DNA from: Alkanindiges illinoisensis DSM 15370
GTDB lineage: Bacteria; Pseudomonadota; Gammaproteobacteria; Pseudomonadales; Moraxellaceae
Assembly (NCBI RefSeq): GCF_000619845.1
Contig: NZ_JHUX01000003.1
Span: 280,064 to 312,063 of the forward strand
Direction of reading: 5' to 3'
DNA length: 32,000 nt
In this document: positions 7,384-15,615 of the stretch, in pieces
Numbering within the stretch: the first letter of the stretch is position 1
How the letters are laid out: every line of letters starts with the position of its first letter
Made by a program: the position numbers and the translations under genes
The notes under the pieces: generated by a model
Seen by the model: the letters and a program-made list of their open reading frames with translations, nothing else
Told to the model about the DNA's origin: nothing
Database searches by the model: none

Positions 7384-7501
7384 CTTAAGAATAATCCGAA
7401 AATAGTAAAGCTAGCTTAACCGTTAATTAGTAAATTGTACTTGTCTTTTATGGGTCAAGTATGCTTTACTAAAGGTATTAAGCAGTAAAAGGTTTTTAAC
7501 T
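7384..7501. promoter_or_regulatory. Divergent PRM/PR-like promoter-operator region
   Basis: GTAAAG 7405-7410, GTAAAT 7430-7435, CTTTAC 7464-7469, GTAAAAG 7485-7491. Possible -10 TATGCT at 7460-7465. No SD precedes the cI ATG. Confidence 0.5.
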
Positions 7502-7693
7502 ATGCAAATTCTCATGAAAAAAGAAGATGCGCTTAAAACATTCAAAAGCCCATCAGGAATTGCAAAGGCTATTGGTGTGACAAAGCAGGCTGTTAGCCAG
7601 TGGGGCGACACAGTGCCAGAAGCATCTGCTTTGAAGCTTTTGCGAGTTAATCCAAGCATTCCCCACACTGAAACAAAACAAGCCACCGCTTAA
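7502..7693 (+). CDS. cro: Cro/YdaS-like HTH regulator
   Basis: SPSGIAKAIGVTKQAVSQWGDTVP is a typical Cro/YdaS HTH. The gene is divergent from cI. Confidence 0.7.
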   Translation: MQILMKKEDALKTFKSPSGIAKAIGVTKQAVSQWGDTVPEASALKLLRVNPSIPHTETKQATA

Positions 7694-7723
7694 CCCAACC
7701 ATTTTATTTACCCGGAAAAGAAC

Positions 7724-8044
7724 ATGAGCACATCTTCTCTCGTACTCAGTCCAATGTCAGCAAACGCGTTAAGCATGGTTTTGACTGGTCTTGAAAATGC
7801 GAAGCAGGCCAACATTGCCAGCCAGCTCAATCTGGACGCTGGCACGCTGTCAAAGTTAATCAACACCAAGCGCAGCAATGGATTGAGCGACCTTGAAAGC
7901 TTTTTGGTGATGCTGGAATTGCTTGGATTGAAGATCGTAGACGGTAACGATGTTTATTGTTCTCAGGAAGTGGCAGAGGCAACTCGCGTGTATTTACGCA
8001 ATGCCTTTAACTCACCTGACTACATGCGGATTTTATTCAAATAA
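7724..8044 (+). CDS. CII-like transcriptional regulator
   Basis: Its position is after cro. HTH QANIASQLNLDAGTLSKLIN followed by FLVMLELLGLKIV parallels the lambda CII layout. Confidence 0.5.
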   Translation: MSTSSLVLSPMSANALSMVLTGLENAKQANIASQLNLDAGTLSKLINTKRSNGLSDLESFLVMLELLGLKIVDGNDVYCSQEVAEATRVYLRNAFNSPDYMRILFK

Positions 8045-8048
8045 ACAA

Positions 8049-8101
8049 AAAGCCCCATCAGGCAACTGACGGGGCTTTCGTGCTTGTGGTGACACACAAG
8101 C
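8049..8101 (+). terminator. Two tandem hairpins after the CII-like gene (tR1-like weak terminator or regulatory RNA structure)
   Basis: AAAGCCCC 8049-8056 / GGGGCTTT 8071-8078. GCTTGTG 8082-8088 / CACAAGC 8095-8101. The U tract is weak. Confidence 0.4.
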
Positions 8102-8129
8102 GAATAAGTCGAAGCAGGGAAATTAAACC

Positions 8130-8537
8130 ATGAATCAATTATGCAAACAAGTGGCAACAGTAACTGGTCATGACTGCGCACTAAAACGCCTTGAGAGTGA
8201 TGCACTGGCAGCTCAGGTCGCTGAACATCTAGCCCATGGCGGCACAGTGACTGTGGTTCCCGGCTATGCGCCTAAGCCTCGCCCAGTCAGCTACATGTCC
8301 AAGAACGTGCAGCAGAGTATTACCAAGAAAGATGAAAAGACCCGCCAGATGAAAGTGCTTGAGCTGGTGAAAAAGGGTTTATCCAACTCAGGCGATATTG
8401 CCAACGCACTCAAGATTGACGTGAAAGAGGCCAATAGCACCCTGCGCCAGATTGAGAAAAAAGGACTGGTGAAAGGTGCATTTGTTGGCAATTCCACAGC
8501 AAAGGTCTGGAAAGTACCTGGAGAGAAAGCAGCATGA
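8130..8537 (+). CDS. Hypothetical protein with C-terminal winged-helix-like region
   Basis: 135 aa. MKVLELVKKGLSNSGDIANALKIDVKEANSTLRQIEKKGLV resembles a wHTH. Confidence 0.55.
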   Translation: MNQLCKQVATVTGHDCALKRLESDALAAQVAEHLAHGGTVTVVPGYAPKPRPVSYMSKNVQQSITKKDEKTRQMKVLELVKKGLSNSGDIANALKIDVKEANSTLRQIEKKGLVKGAFVGNSTAKVWKVPGEKAA

Positions 8538-8770
8538 ATGCATCCATCTCACAAACCACCAGTCAGAACATGACCGTGCTTAAGCACATCAAAGAGCATG
8601 GCTCTATCACATCCATGGATGCCATCAAACAATACAACATAACCCGCCTGGCTGCGCGTATTTGCGATTTAAGGTCAGCAGGCCACCAGATATTTGCCTA
8701 TCCCGAAAAGAACGCACAGGGCAGCTATCACGCGCGTTATATGTTTAAGAAGGAAGATAGCCATGAGTAA
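8534..8770 (+). CDS. HTH_39-like helix-turn-helix protein
   Basis: VLKHIKEHGSITSMDAIKQYNITRLAARICDLRSAGHQI. ATGA coupling with the upstream gene. Confidence 0.6.
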   Translation: MNASISQTTSQNMTVLKHIKEHGSITSMDAIKQYNITRLAARICDLRSAGHQIFAYPEKNAQGSYHARYMFKKEDSHE

Positions 8771-9599
8771 GTCTATTATCCGTGCCGAAAAAAACCGTGA
8801 CAATCCTTATGTGATGATTGCCCGCCTTGTGTTTGAAGATGAGCGTTTATCCTGGAAAGCCAAGGGTATTATTGGCTACCTGCTATCACGTCCGGACAAC
8901 TGGCAGGTGAACGTGGCAGACCTGCAAGGACGCAGCACAGATGGCCGTGATTCGTGCTATGCCGGATTAAAGGAACTGGCAGACCATGGCTATATCGAAA
9001 AGCGTCAATTGCGCGAAAATGGCAAGCTGGCAGGCTATGAATATGTAGTTTTTGAGACCCCGCGTACTGCTGAAAATCAGTCTATTTCACCTGCTGTTTC
9101 CGGCAAACCCGTAAACGGAAATGCCGTATCCGGAAAATCCCCCACTAATAATAAAGAATATAAAATAATAAATGAAAATAATAAAAGGCCATCTGCCGAT
9201 GACCGTGGCGATTCGTTCAATTCGTTTTGGGCAATCTATCCACGCAAGGTCAAAAAAGACGCTGCACTCAAGGCATGGAACAAGATCGCTAAGTCTGAGT
9301 TTAATCCTGAAGCAATCATTGCAGCCCTTCAAAACCAGATCAGGGCAGTGTACGCAAACCGGGCAATGGACAAAATCCCACATGCATCCACATGGCTGAA
9401 CGGCAAGCAATGGAACGATGAAGTTGCGGGGCAGGCCAATACACAACCAGCCCAGACCGCAAAAACCATCCAGACCTATGAGCCGGATTATTACAAACCA
9501 GTCCAGTTGCCTGAAATCAGACTTGAATCTACACCAGAGCAGGCCGCAGCAGCCCGTGAAGCCTACCAGCAGCTTATGCAAGTGATGGGGAGAGCGTAA
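8763..9599 (+). CDS. Replication initiation / replisome-organiser protein (O-like)
   Basis: Start moved to ATG 8763 (AAGGAAG SD). N-terminal wHTH: WKAKGIIGYLLSRPDNW...GLKELADHGYIEKRQ. C-terminal FWAIYPRKVKKDAALKAW motif. Located directly upstream of dnaB. Confidence 0.65.
   Translation: MSKSIIRAEKNRDNPYVMIARLVFEDERLSWKAKGIIGYLLSRPDNWQVNVADLQGRSTDGRDSCYAGLKELADHGYIEKRQLRENGKLAGYEYVVFETPRTAENQSISPAVSGKPVNGNAVSGKSPTNNKEYKIINENNKRPSADDRGDSFNSFWAIYPRKVKKDAALKAWNKIAKSEFNPEAIIAALQNQIRAVYANRAMDKIPHASTWLNGKQWNDEVAGQANTQPAQTAKTIQTYEPDYYKPVQLPEIRLESTPEQAAAAREAYQQLMQVMGRA
9093..9230. other. Candidate origin of replication inside the initiator gene
   Basis: CGG(C/A)AA at 9101, 9116 and 9131, an exact 15-bp period. 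17-bp repeats at 9093-9109 and 9123-9139. About 93 percent AT tract at 9145-9186. ATTCGTT x2 at 9211-9226. Confidence 0.45.
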
Positions 9600-10960
9600 T
9601 GGGAAACCTGGCACTAGGGCTTGAGAGCCTCTACAAAATCAGTTTTGAGCAAGCAGTGCTAGCCGCGCTGATGACGATTAACGGCAGTATTGAATCGCTA
9701 CCAGCCGGATTTGATGGGCATGTATTTTTTGCCGAGCGCCATCAATTGATCTATGCGGCCATCTGCGCACTTGACCGTAAAAACCAGCCCTATGACGCCA
9801 CCATGGTTTTTGAAGAAATCAAAGACAATGGCACGTTAGAGCTTGCAGGCGGTGAACCGTACTTGCTAAAGCTTCTGGCTGAAAGCCCGTCCAGCCTGTA
9901 CAACATAGGTGCTTATGCTGACAAACTGATTGATTTGGCAGCACGCAGACAGGCACTCAATGCACTTGATACAGCGCGTTCCCATTTACTCAGCAATCCG
10001 GATACTCCAGCGCAAGAGGTGATTGCTGGCGCGGTTGCTGGCGCACTTGAATCATGTGCTGACAATGCAGATAGCGAAGCTGATGTCAAAGAGCTAATGC
10101 GCGGATTTATTCATAACATTGAAAATCCTAACCCATTAAAGCGTGGCTATCACACTGGATTTGAGAAACTTACCAATACTTTAAATGGCCTGCGTGCCGG
10201 GCAACTGATTGTTGTGGGTGCGCGTCCCGGTCTGGGCAAAACAACACTGGCCATGAACATTGCTGATGGTGTTATGGCTGATACGGGCAAGCAGGTTTTA
10301 TTTTTCTCAATGGAAATGGAAAAGCCTGAGCTTATGGAACGCTATATGTCCAGTGTAACTGGTGTGCCACTACACAATATACGTTCTGGGCAACTCAGCG
10401 ATGAACAACGGAGTGAAATCTTCAGAAAGAGTGCGGTCATTTTACAGGAACGCAAACTGACAATTGACGATCAATCCAAGCGCGCACCCCACCAGATCAT
10501 GCTTACTGCCCGCCGCGCAATGCGCAAAGCTCCTGTTGGCCTGATTGTGGTGGACTATCTGCAATTAATGACCCATCCGGAATATCGAGAAAACCGCTTT
10601 CAGGAAATCAGTGCAATCAGCCGTGACTTAAAAGCCATGGCAAAAGACCTGGGCTGCCCCGTGCTGGCACTGGCACAACTTAACCGTGAAGCTGCAAAGC
10701 CGGGGGTTAAGCCACGAATTGACCACATGGGTGAGTCTGGACAGATTGAGCGCGACGCGGATGTAATCCTTTTATTGCATCGTGATGAGATTGAGAAAAA
10801 TGATGATGCGCCACCTGAGCACCTGCCCGGTGAAACAGAGCTGATTATTGCCAAGCACCGCAATGGCCCCAAAGGCACTATTAAGCTCATATTTGAAGCA
10901 AGTTGCAGCCGCTACGTTGAAAAAGAAGCGTATGGCGCAGGAGGTCACAATGACTTCTGA
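9599..10960 (+). CDS. dnaB: Replicative DNA helicase DnaB
   Basis: Walker A GARPGLGKTTLAMNIA. Also VVDYLQLM, LAQLNRE and ESGQIERDADVILLLHRD. Confidence 0.95.
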   Translation: MGNLALGLESLYKISFEQAVLAALMTINGSIESLPAGFDGHVFFAERHQLIYAAICALDRKNQPYDATMVFEEIKDNGTLELAGGEPYLLKLLAESPSSLYNIGAYADKLIDLAARRQALNALDTARSHLLSNPDTPAQEVIAGAVAGALESCADNADSEADVKELMRGFIHNIENPNPLKRGYHTGFEKLTNTLNGLRAGQLIVVGARPGLGKTTLAMNIADGVMADTGKQVLFFSMEMEKPELMERYMSSVTGVPLHNIRSGQLSDEQRSEIFRKSAVILQERKLTIDDQSKRAPHQIMLTARRAMRKAPVGLIVVDYLQLMTHPEYRENRFQEISAISRDLKAMAKDLGCPVLALAQLNREAAKPGVKPRIDHMGESGQIERDADVILLLHRDEIEKNDDAPPEHLPGETELIIAKHRNGPKGTIKLIFEASCSRYVEKEAYGAGGHNDF

Positions 10961-11213
10961 GCAACTCATTCATGCCCTATATCTCATCCATGAGCTTGAA
11001 CAGGTTGAGCTTGAGCGCAAACGCCAGAAAACACCAATGCCGTGGCTGAGTGTGCAGGAAGCTATAGACCTGATTGCCCATAGGCTCACATGGCCAAAAG
11101 GCATGGCACTTGATGCCATTAACCATCTCTTGGGGAAAGCCCAGCTTGCCATCCACGAATCAGGCCGCGCTATTCGCCCACTACTAAACCAATATCCTAG
11201 TTTAAAGGACTAA
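10950..11213 (+). CDS. Hypothetical protein (87 aa)
   Basis: AGGAGG lies 5 nt upstream of ATG 10950. The gene overlaps the dnaB stop. Confidence 0.55.
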   Translation: MTSEQLIHALYLIHELEQVELERKRQKTPMPWLSVQEAIDLIAHRLTWPKGMALDAINHLLGKAQLAIHESGRAIRPLLNQYPSLKD

Positions 11214-11217
11214 GCCA

Positions 11218-11469
11218 ATGAACACTCTAAAAACCGAACGTGAAATTCTAAAAGTTGGTCAAGCAGTTACAGCAACTAAGGACATTGTACAGGGCGCAGA
11301 TGAGTATTCGCCCGGTGGTATTTATGCAAAAAAAGGAACTGTGCTGATTATCCGGGAAGTCTCTCCTGAAGGTAGATTTTTTCAGTATTACGTTTCCCAT
11401 GAGCGCGTTCTCGACAACTCTTTTGGGGTCAAAGCCGATGAGATAAAAGCATTGGAGCAAACAGCATGA
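11218..11469 (+). CDS. Hypothetical protein (83 aa)
   Basis: ORF with an AAAGGA SD. Packed tightly within the operon. Confidence 0.55.
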   Translation: MNTLKTEREILKVGQAVTATKDIVQGADEYSPGGIYAKKGTVLIIREVSPEGRFFQYYVSHERVLDNSFGVKADEIKALEQTA

Positions 11470-12485
11470 AACTACAAAACCTGACCTTGCAGCAGTTGAA
11501 AGAGATTGTGGATGGTGCGCCAGAGGGGGCAACTCACGTTGTTGATTATGATGGCATAGAGAAATATGACTACTTAAAAGACCCTGATACATGGGTAGCA
11601 TGGTATGGCTCGCATTGGAATAAGCCCGGATTACTGATTGATTTAAGCGATAAAACAATTATCAAACTATCAAACATTCGCACCCGTATTGCAGAGCTTG
11701 AGCCTAAACAAAAATATGACTGGTCAAACGTGCCTGATGTTGTTAATTGGCTGGCGACTGATAAGGATGGTGACTGCGCATGGGGATTTTTGGAAGAGCC
11801 TGTAATTGAGCTGGAAGATGGAGAGTGGCGTCCAGTTGCTCCCTATACTGAAATTTATATCAATGGAAGCAATGGGACTGTAGCGGCCTACAAAGGCGAC
11901 TGGCAGGAATCACTAGAACAGCGAAAATTTAAAATAGGCGACAAGGTTACCTTTATCCGCAATATAGAGCCTTTCCAATGGGGCGCAAAGGAAAAAGTCT
12001 ATGAAGTGGTTGATGTGGCTGATAATTTGCCGACATCAACCGACCAGAGGGTGTGGCTAGATACCACTGCATCATCCCCGCACCTAAGCCGGAACTTGTG
12101 CTTAGCAACAGCTATAGGTCAGTTGGGCATAGAAGATTTGCCTGTTCATGGCGAGCCTATTAGCTCAGAGATAATAACTAATGAGCCTGTTATTGATGGA
12201 CCACAAACTCAGCTCGACAACGAAGCTGCACTGTTTAATGAGCCTCTGACCGAGTGTGAGCTTATCGCTGATCCCGTCAATCATCCATCGCACTACACAT
12301 CAGACCCAAGTGGCATTGAGTGCATCCAGATTACCCGTCACCGTAATTTCAATATCGGCAATGCTATTAAATATCTATGGCATGCTGGCCTAAAAGACCA
12401 GTCTGCCACAGTCCAGGATCTGCAAAAGGCCATCTGGTACATCAACGACGAGATTGAGCGTTTGAAAGGGGAGCAGGGGGAATGA
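11466..12485 (+). CDS. DUF3310-domain protein with long N-terminal extension (339 aa)
   Basis: The C-terminal segment NHPSHYTSDPSGIECIQITRHRNFNIGNAIKYLWHAGLK...DLQKAIWYI matches the DUF3310 pattern. Confidence 0.7.
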   Translation: MKLQNLTLQQLKEIVDGAPEGATHVVDYDGIEKYDYLKDPDTWVAWYGSHWNKPGLLIDLSDKTIIKLSNIRTRIAELEPKQKYDWSNVPDVVNWLATDKDGDCAWGFLEEPVIELEDGEWRPVAPYTEIYINGSNGTVAAYKGDWQESLEQRKFKIGDKVTFIRNIEPFQWGAKEKVYEVVDVADNLPTSTDQRVWLDTTASSPHLSRNLCLATAIGQLGIEDLPVHGEPISSEIITNEPVIDGPQTQLDNEAALFNEPLTECELIADPVNHPSHYTSDPSGIECIQITRHRNFNIGNAIKYLWHAGLKDQSATVQDLQKAIWYINDEIERLKGEQGE

Positions 12486-13270
12486 GTACAGTAGAAATTT
12501 ACAATGAACCCATTACTGGCCGTCTTTTCGTGGTTGGTGATATTCATGGCTGCTATAGCTTGCTCATGGCCGAACTTGCCAAGCGCGGCTTTGATTTCAA
12601 TAACGACTTACTAATATCTGTTGGTGATTTGATTGATCGTGGCCTGCAAAACCAAGAGTGTGTCGGATTGATTGGAAAGTCTTGGTTCAAAGCGGTTCGC
12701 GGTAATCACGAGCAGTTTTGCATCGAGGGCTTTCTTGATTACAACATAGCTCGCCAACATGTCATGAGCAATAACGGTGGCGCATGGTTCTATCAGTTAA
12801 ATAATCACATCCAGCAGCAAATTGTTAGCAAATTTCAATCCTTGCCCATTGCCCTTGAGATTAGTTTTAAGGGTAAGAAGTACGGCTTTGTGCATGCCCA
12901 TGTTGAGCAAAACGACTGGGAAGAATTTAAGGCTGAATTAAATGCTGGTGGCAGTGAATCATATCGCTCGCCAGTAGACATGGCACTTTGGAGCCGTGAC
13001 CGTGTTTATGCACATTCCAGCGAAAACCAATATCAGGCCATAAAAAATATTGATGAAGTTTACTTGGGGCATACCGTCTTGCCGCGGCCTATGCGTAAGC
13101 ACAATTGCATCTTTATTGACACAGGGGCTTTCCATACAACGCTGCTGACTGTCATTGAGTTGAAAGGAGAGCAACATGGCGCACCAGTTTCAGTACCACG
13201 AGAGGATCAATCCGACACTTGTCCGGGAAGCAATGGAATGGGCAATCAGGGAGAGAAAACCAATGCGTAA
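12482..13270 (+). CDS. Lambda-type Ser/Thr protein phosphatase (metallophosphoesterase), copy 1
   Basis: GDIHGC, GDLIDRG and RGNHE motifs. It has a 35-aa C-terminal tail relative to copy 2 that overlaps the next gene by 95 nt. Confidence 0.85.
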   Translation: MSTVEIYNEPITGRLFVVGDIHGCYSLLMAELAKRGFDFNNDLLISVGDLIDRGLQNQECVGLIGKSWFKAVRGNHEQFCIEGFLDYNIARQHVMSNNGGAWFYQLNNHIQQQIVSKFQSLPIALEISFKGKKYGFVHAHVEQNDWEEFKAELNAGGSESYRSPVDMALWSRDRVYAHSSENQYQAIKNIDEVYLGHTVLPRPMRKHNCIFIDTGAFHTTLLTVIELKGEQHGAPVSVPREDQSDTCPGSNGMGNQGEKTNA

Positions 13271-14111
13271 ATTTGATGTATGGAAATGCGCAGAGTGTGG
13301 CAAGGAGGCTCCAGCTACCGCCCATCAAATGCGTAAAACATATTGTTCAATGAGCTGTATGGCTCTTGGTTATTCCAAAAGAATGCAGGGTGACTCTAAT
13401 CCAAACTTTAAGAGTGCCGCGCTCAAGACCTGTGTGGGCTGCAATAAAGAGTTTAAATCATACAATAAGACACGCAAATATTGTTCACATAAGTGTTATC
13501 AGTCAGAAAGAGCCTTATTGCAGGCATCCAAGCCACTCAAAACAAAACAAAAATCAAAAACTGCTAAGGCTACACAAAAGAATTTATCGCCAAAAGTTAA
13601 AAATTCAGTAAAGCCCAAAAAGAGCAATTACATACCAAGACCCAGAATTAAGCATATGACAAATTGTGGTCATTGCAATCAAGAGTTCCAATCGTCAAAG
13701 AGTCAGGCTCGCAAATTTTGTAGTTATGAATGTTTTTTAGATAGCGGTGGTGCACAAAGAGCAGGAGAAGCAGCAGCTATGGCCAAAAGAGCTTATGGAA
13801 ACAAGAAAGATGCAAATCACAATGAAATATTTGATGCCTTAAGAAAGATTATTCCAGTGCGTGATTTGAGTGATGCTGGCTGTGGTGTGCCAGATGGAAT
13901 TGCATGGATTAAGGATGGTTGGCATTTATTTGACGTAAAAAATCTTAAAACCGCCTATGGCCGCCGTGGTTTAAACCCCCGACAAAAACAATGGTCGAAT
14001 GATTGGCGTGGCGGGGCTGTTTATCTGATCCACGATGTTGATGAAGCGATTTTATTTGCAACAGGCAAGTTTGATCAGCTTAAGAAATTTCCAGAGGAAA
14101 ACCGGATATGA
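13176..14111 (+). CDS. Triple zinc-ribbon (FCS/TRASH-like) protein with C-terminal VRR-NUC-like nuclease domain
   Basis: Three CxxC...(Y/F)CSxxC units. C-terminal GVPDGIAWI...LFDVK...LNPRQKQW fits the PD-(D/E)XK and VRR-NUC patterns. AAAGGAGAG SD. Confidence 0.65.
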   Translation: MAHQFQYHERINPTLVREAMEWAIRERKPMRKFDVWKCAECGKEAPATAHQMRKTYCSMSCMALGYSKRMQGDSNPNFKSAALKTCVGCNKEFKSYNKTRKYCSHKCYQSERALLQASKPLKTKQKSKTAKATQKNLSPKVKNSVKPKKSNYIPRPRIKHMTNCGHCNQEFQSSKSQARKFCSYECFLDSGGAQRAGEAAAMAKRAYGNKKDANHNEIFDALRKIIPVRDLSDAGCGVPDGIAWIKDGWHLFDVKNLKTAYGRRGLNPRQKQWSNDWRGGAVYLIHDVDEAILFATGKFDQLKKFPEENRI

Positions 14112-14203
14112 GAATAAGCATTAGACGCTGGCAGGGTCAAAAGGCGGTGGTTAATTCAGTAGATGCGGCTATTCAAGTGATTGTGAATTTGGGTGAGGGC
14201 TGA
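14108..14203 (+). CDS. 31-aa micro-ORF MRISIRRWQGQKAVVNSVDAAIQVIVNLGEG
   Basis: GAGGAA SD. ATGA overlap upstream, and its stop abuts the next start codon. Confidence 0.35.
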   Translation: MRISIRRWQGQKAVVNSVDAAIQVIVNLGEG

Positions 14204-14206
14204 GTG

Positions 14207-14875
14207 ATGAACCAAGCAGTTAAAATCTGGAATAAAGAAATTAAAGGCCATCTGTTTGCTGTGGGTGATTTGCACGGCTGCTACAACCTGTTAATGCTCA
14301 AGCTTCAGCAGATTGGCTTTGACTTTGAAAATGACTTGCTGGTGTCTGTGGGTGACTTGGTAGACCGTGGCATTCAAAACCTTGAGTGTATCGGCTTGCT
14401 GGATCAGCCATGGTTTACCGCAGTGCGTGGCAATCATGAGCAACTTTGTATTGATGCGCTGGTGCATCCAGCCTCCAAGCGTTGCCATGTTGGCAATGGC
14501 GGTGAATGGTTTTATGAGTTGGATGACCAGCAGCAAGACCAGATCGTCAAGAAGTTTAAGAAGTTGCCCTATGTGCTAGAGATAGATCATAAGGGCGAGA
14601 AATTTGGATTTGTCCATGGTCATATTGAGCAGAACGATTGGGAGCAATTCAAGCAGACATTCCAGGATAAAGACAGACAGCGCGGCGCAAAGGATTTGGC
14701 AATTTGGGGTCGTGAGCGGTTTGACATGAATCCCAAACATAAGACGGTTACTGGTGTTGATGCGGTAATTATGGGGCATACCGTCACACCAAAGCCGTTT
14801 AAGCGTGACAACTGCTATTTCATTGATACAGGCGCAGTCCATTGGGGAACATTGACTGTAATGAGGCTAGGGTAA
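14207..14875 (+). CDS. Lambda-type Ser/Thr protein phosphatase, copy 2
   Basis: GDLHGC, GDLVDRG and RGNHE motifs. GGGTGAGGG SD. The GTG at 14204 is an alternative start. Confidence 0.85.
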   Translation: MNQAVKIWNKEIKGHLFAVGDLHGCYNLLMLKLQQIGFDFENDLLVSVGDLVDRGIQNLECIGLLDQPWFTAVRGNHEQLCIDALVHPASKRCHVGNGGEWFYELDDQQQDQIVKKFKKLPYVLEIDHKGEKFGFVHGHIEQNDWEQFKQTFQDKDRQRGAKDLAIWGRERFDMNPKHKTVTGVDAVIMGHTVTPKPFKRDNCYFIDTGAVHWGTLTVMRLG

Positions 14876-14886
14876 GGGGAAGGGAT

Positions 14887-15543
14887 ATGAGCGTAGCAAT
14901 TAAAGGCGTAGTGCAGGAAGAAAAGTTTGATGTCATTGATATGCTGGCTCTACTCAATGACCAGCCGCCGGAAATGGGCAAAGGGCGAGGCGGTAGGCCG
15001 AAGTACACCAAGGCGGACGTATTGGAAGCTATGGTGGGCTTGCCGGATCATATTGTGCGTTATGCGTACCTGCTGGCTGGTAATCTGCATATTGAGCGTG
15101 TGCAGGAAATCATCTATCCGGTTGCTGATGATGAGTTTGATGATGAATCAGGACGGGAAGCACCGAAGCGTAAACGCAAGGAACGTGAAAAACCAGTGGT
15201 ACTCAATACCCGTGTGCTGATTAAAGATGCTGACTTCTTTCGTGTGCGTAATGTGGTGCGTGTCTTTATCAATGAAGTGCTGAAAACAGACAAGAAACGG
15301 CCAAAGGTAGGGGAACTGGACATTATGGCTAAGGGTCTGGCGCAGTGTGCATTGAAGATGCGCTTGTATCGCAACCATTACACGCTAGAGAACGAGATAG
15401 TCATGGCTGGGTTTAGTATGGCTAAAAACAATTACGCTAAAACATGGCAGGTTTATCGCGTTCTAGCCACATCTGAACTGATGCTTTGGGAAGATCAGAT
15501 ACGCCTAAAGCTAAAGCAATTGTTTGATTGTTCGACTGCTTGA
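14887..15543 (+). CDS. Putative late-gene regulator in the Q position (non-canonical antiterminator candidate)
   Basis: 218 aa. Last gene before the late promoter/terminator unit and terS. No zinc motif. The function is inferred from context only. Confidence 0.4.
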   Translation: MSVAIKGVVQEEKFDVIDMLALLNDQPPEMGKGRGGRPKYTKADVLEAMVGLPDHIVRYAYLLAGNLHIERVQEIIYPVADDEFDDESGREAPKRKRKEREKPVVLNTRVLIKDADFFRVRNVVRVFINEVLKTDKKRPKVGELDIMAKGLAQCALKMRLYRNHYTLENEIVMAGFSMAKNNYAKTWQVYRVLATSELMLWEDQIRLKLKQLFDCSTA

Positions 15544-15580
15544 CAGTTGGGTAACGAAATAGTATAAGTATTTCTATAGT
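15540..15580 (+). promoter_or_regulatory. PR'-like late promoter with a downstream -10-like repeat
   Basis: TTGACA 15540-15545, a 17-nt spacer, TATAAG 15563-15568, then TATAGT 15575-15580. Confidence 0.6.
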
Positions 15581-15615
15581 GGGCGTTTTATGAATGTATT
15601 GCTCACATCAAATTC

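Noticed and set aside
7423..7686. 87-aa minus-strand ORF over the cro region
   Set aside because: It is antisense to the Cro-like gene and spans the operator region. The Cro-like HTH on the plus strand is convincing.
9087..9614. 175-aa minus-strand ORF antisense to the replication initiator gene
   Set aside because: It lies entirely inside a well-supported plus-strand gene. It is Cys/Leu/Phe-rich with junk-like composition, has no SD and does not fit any operon. It is a shadow ORF.
11248..11658. 136-aa minus-strand ORF
   Set aside because: It is antisense to two tightly coupled plus-strand genes and has no motif or RBS support.
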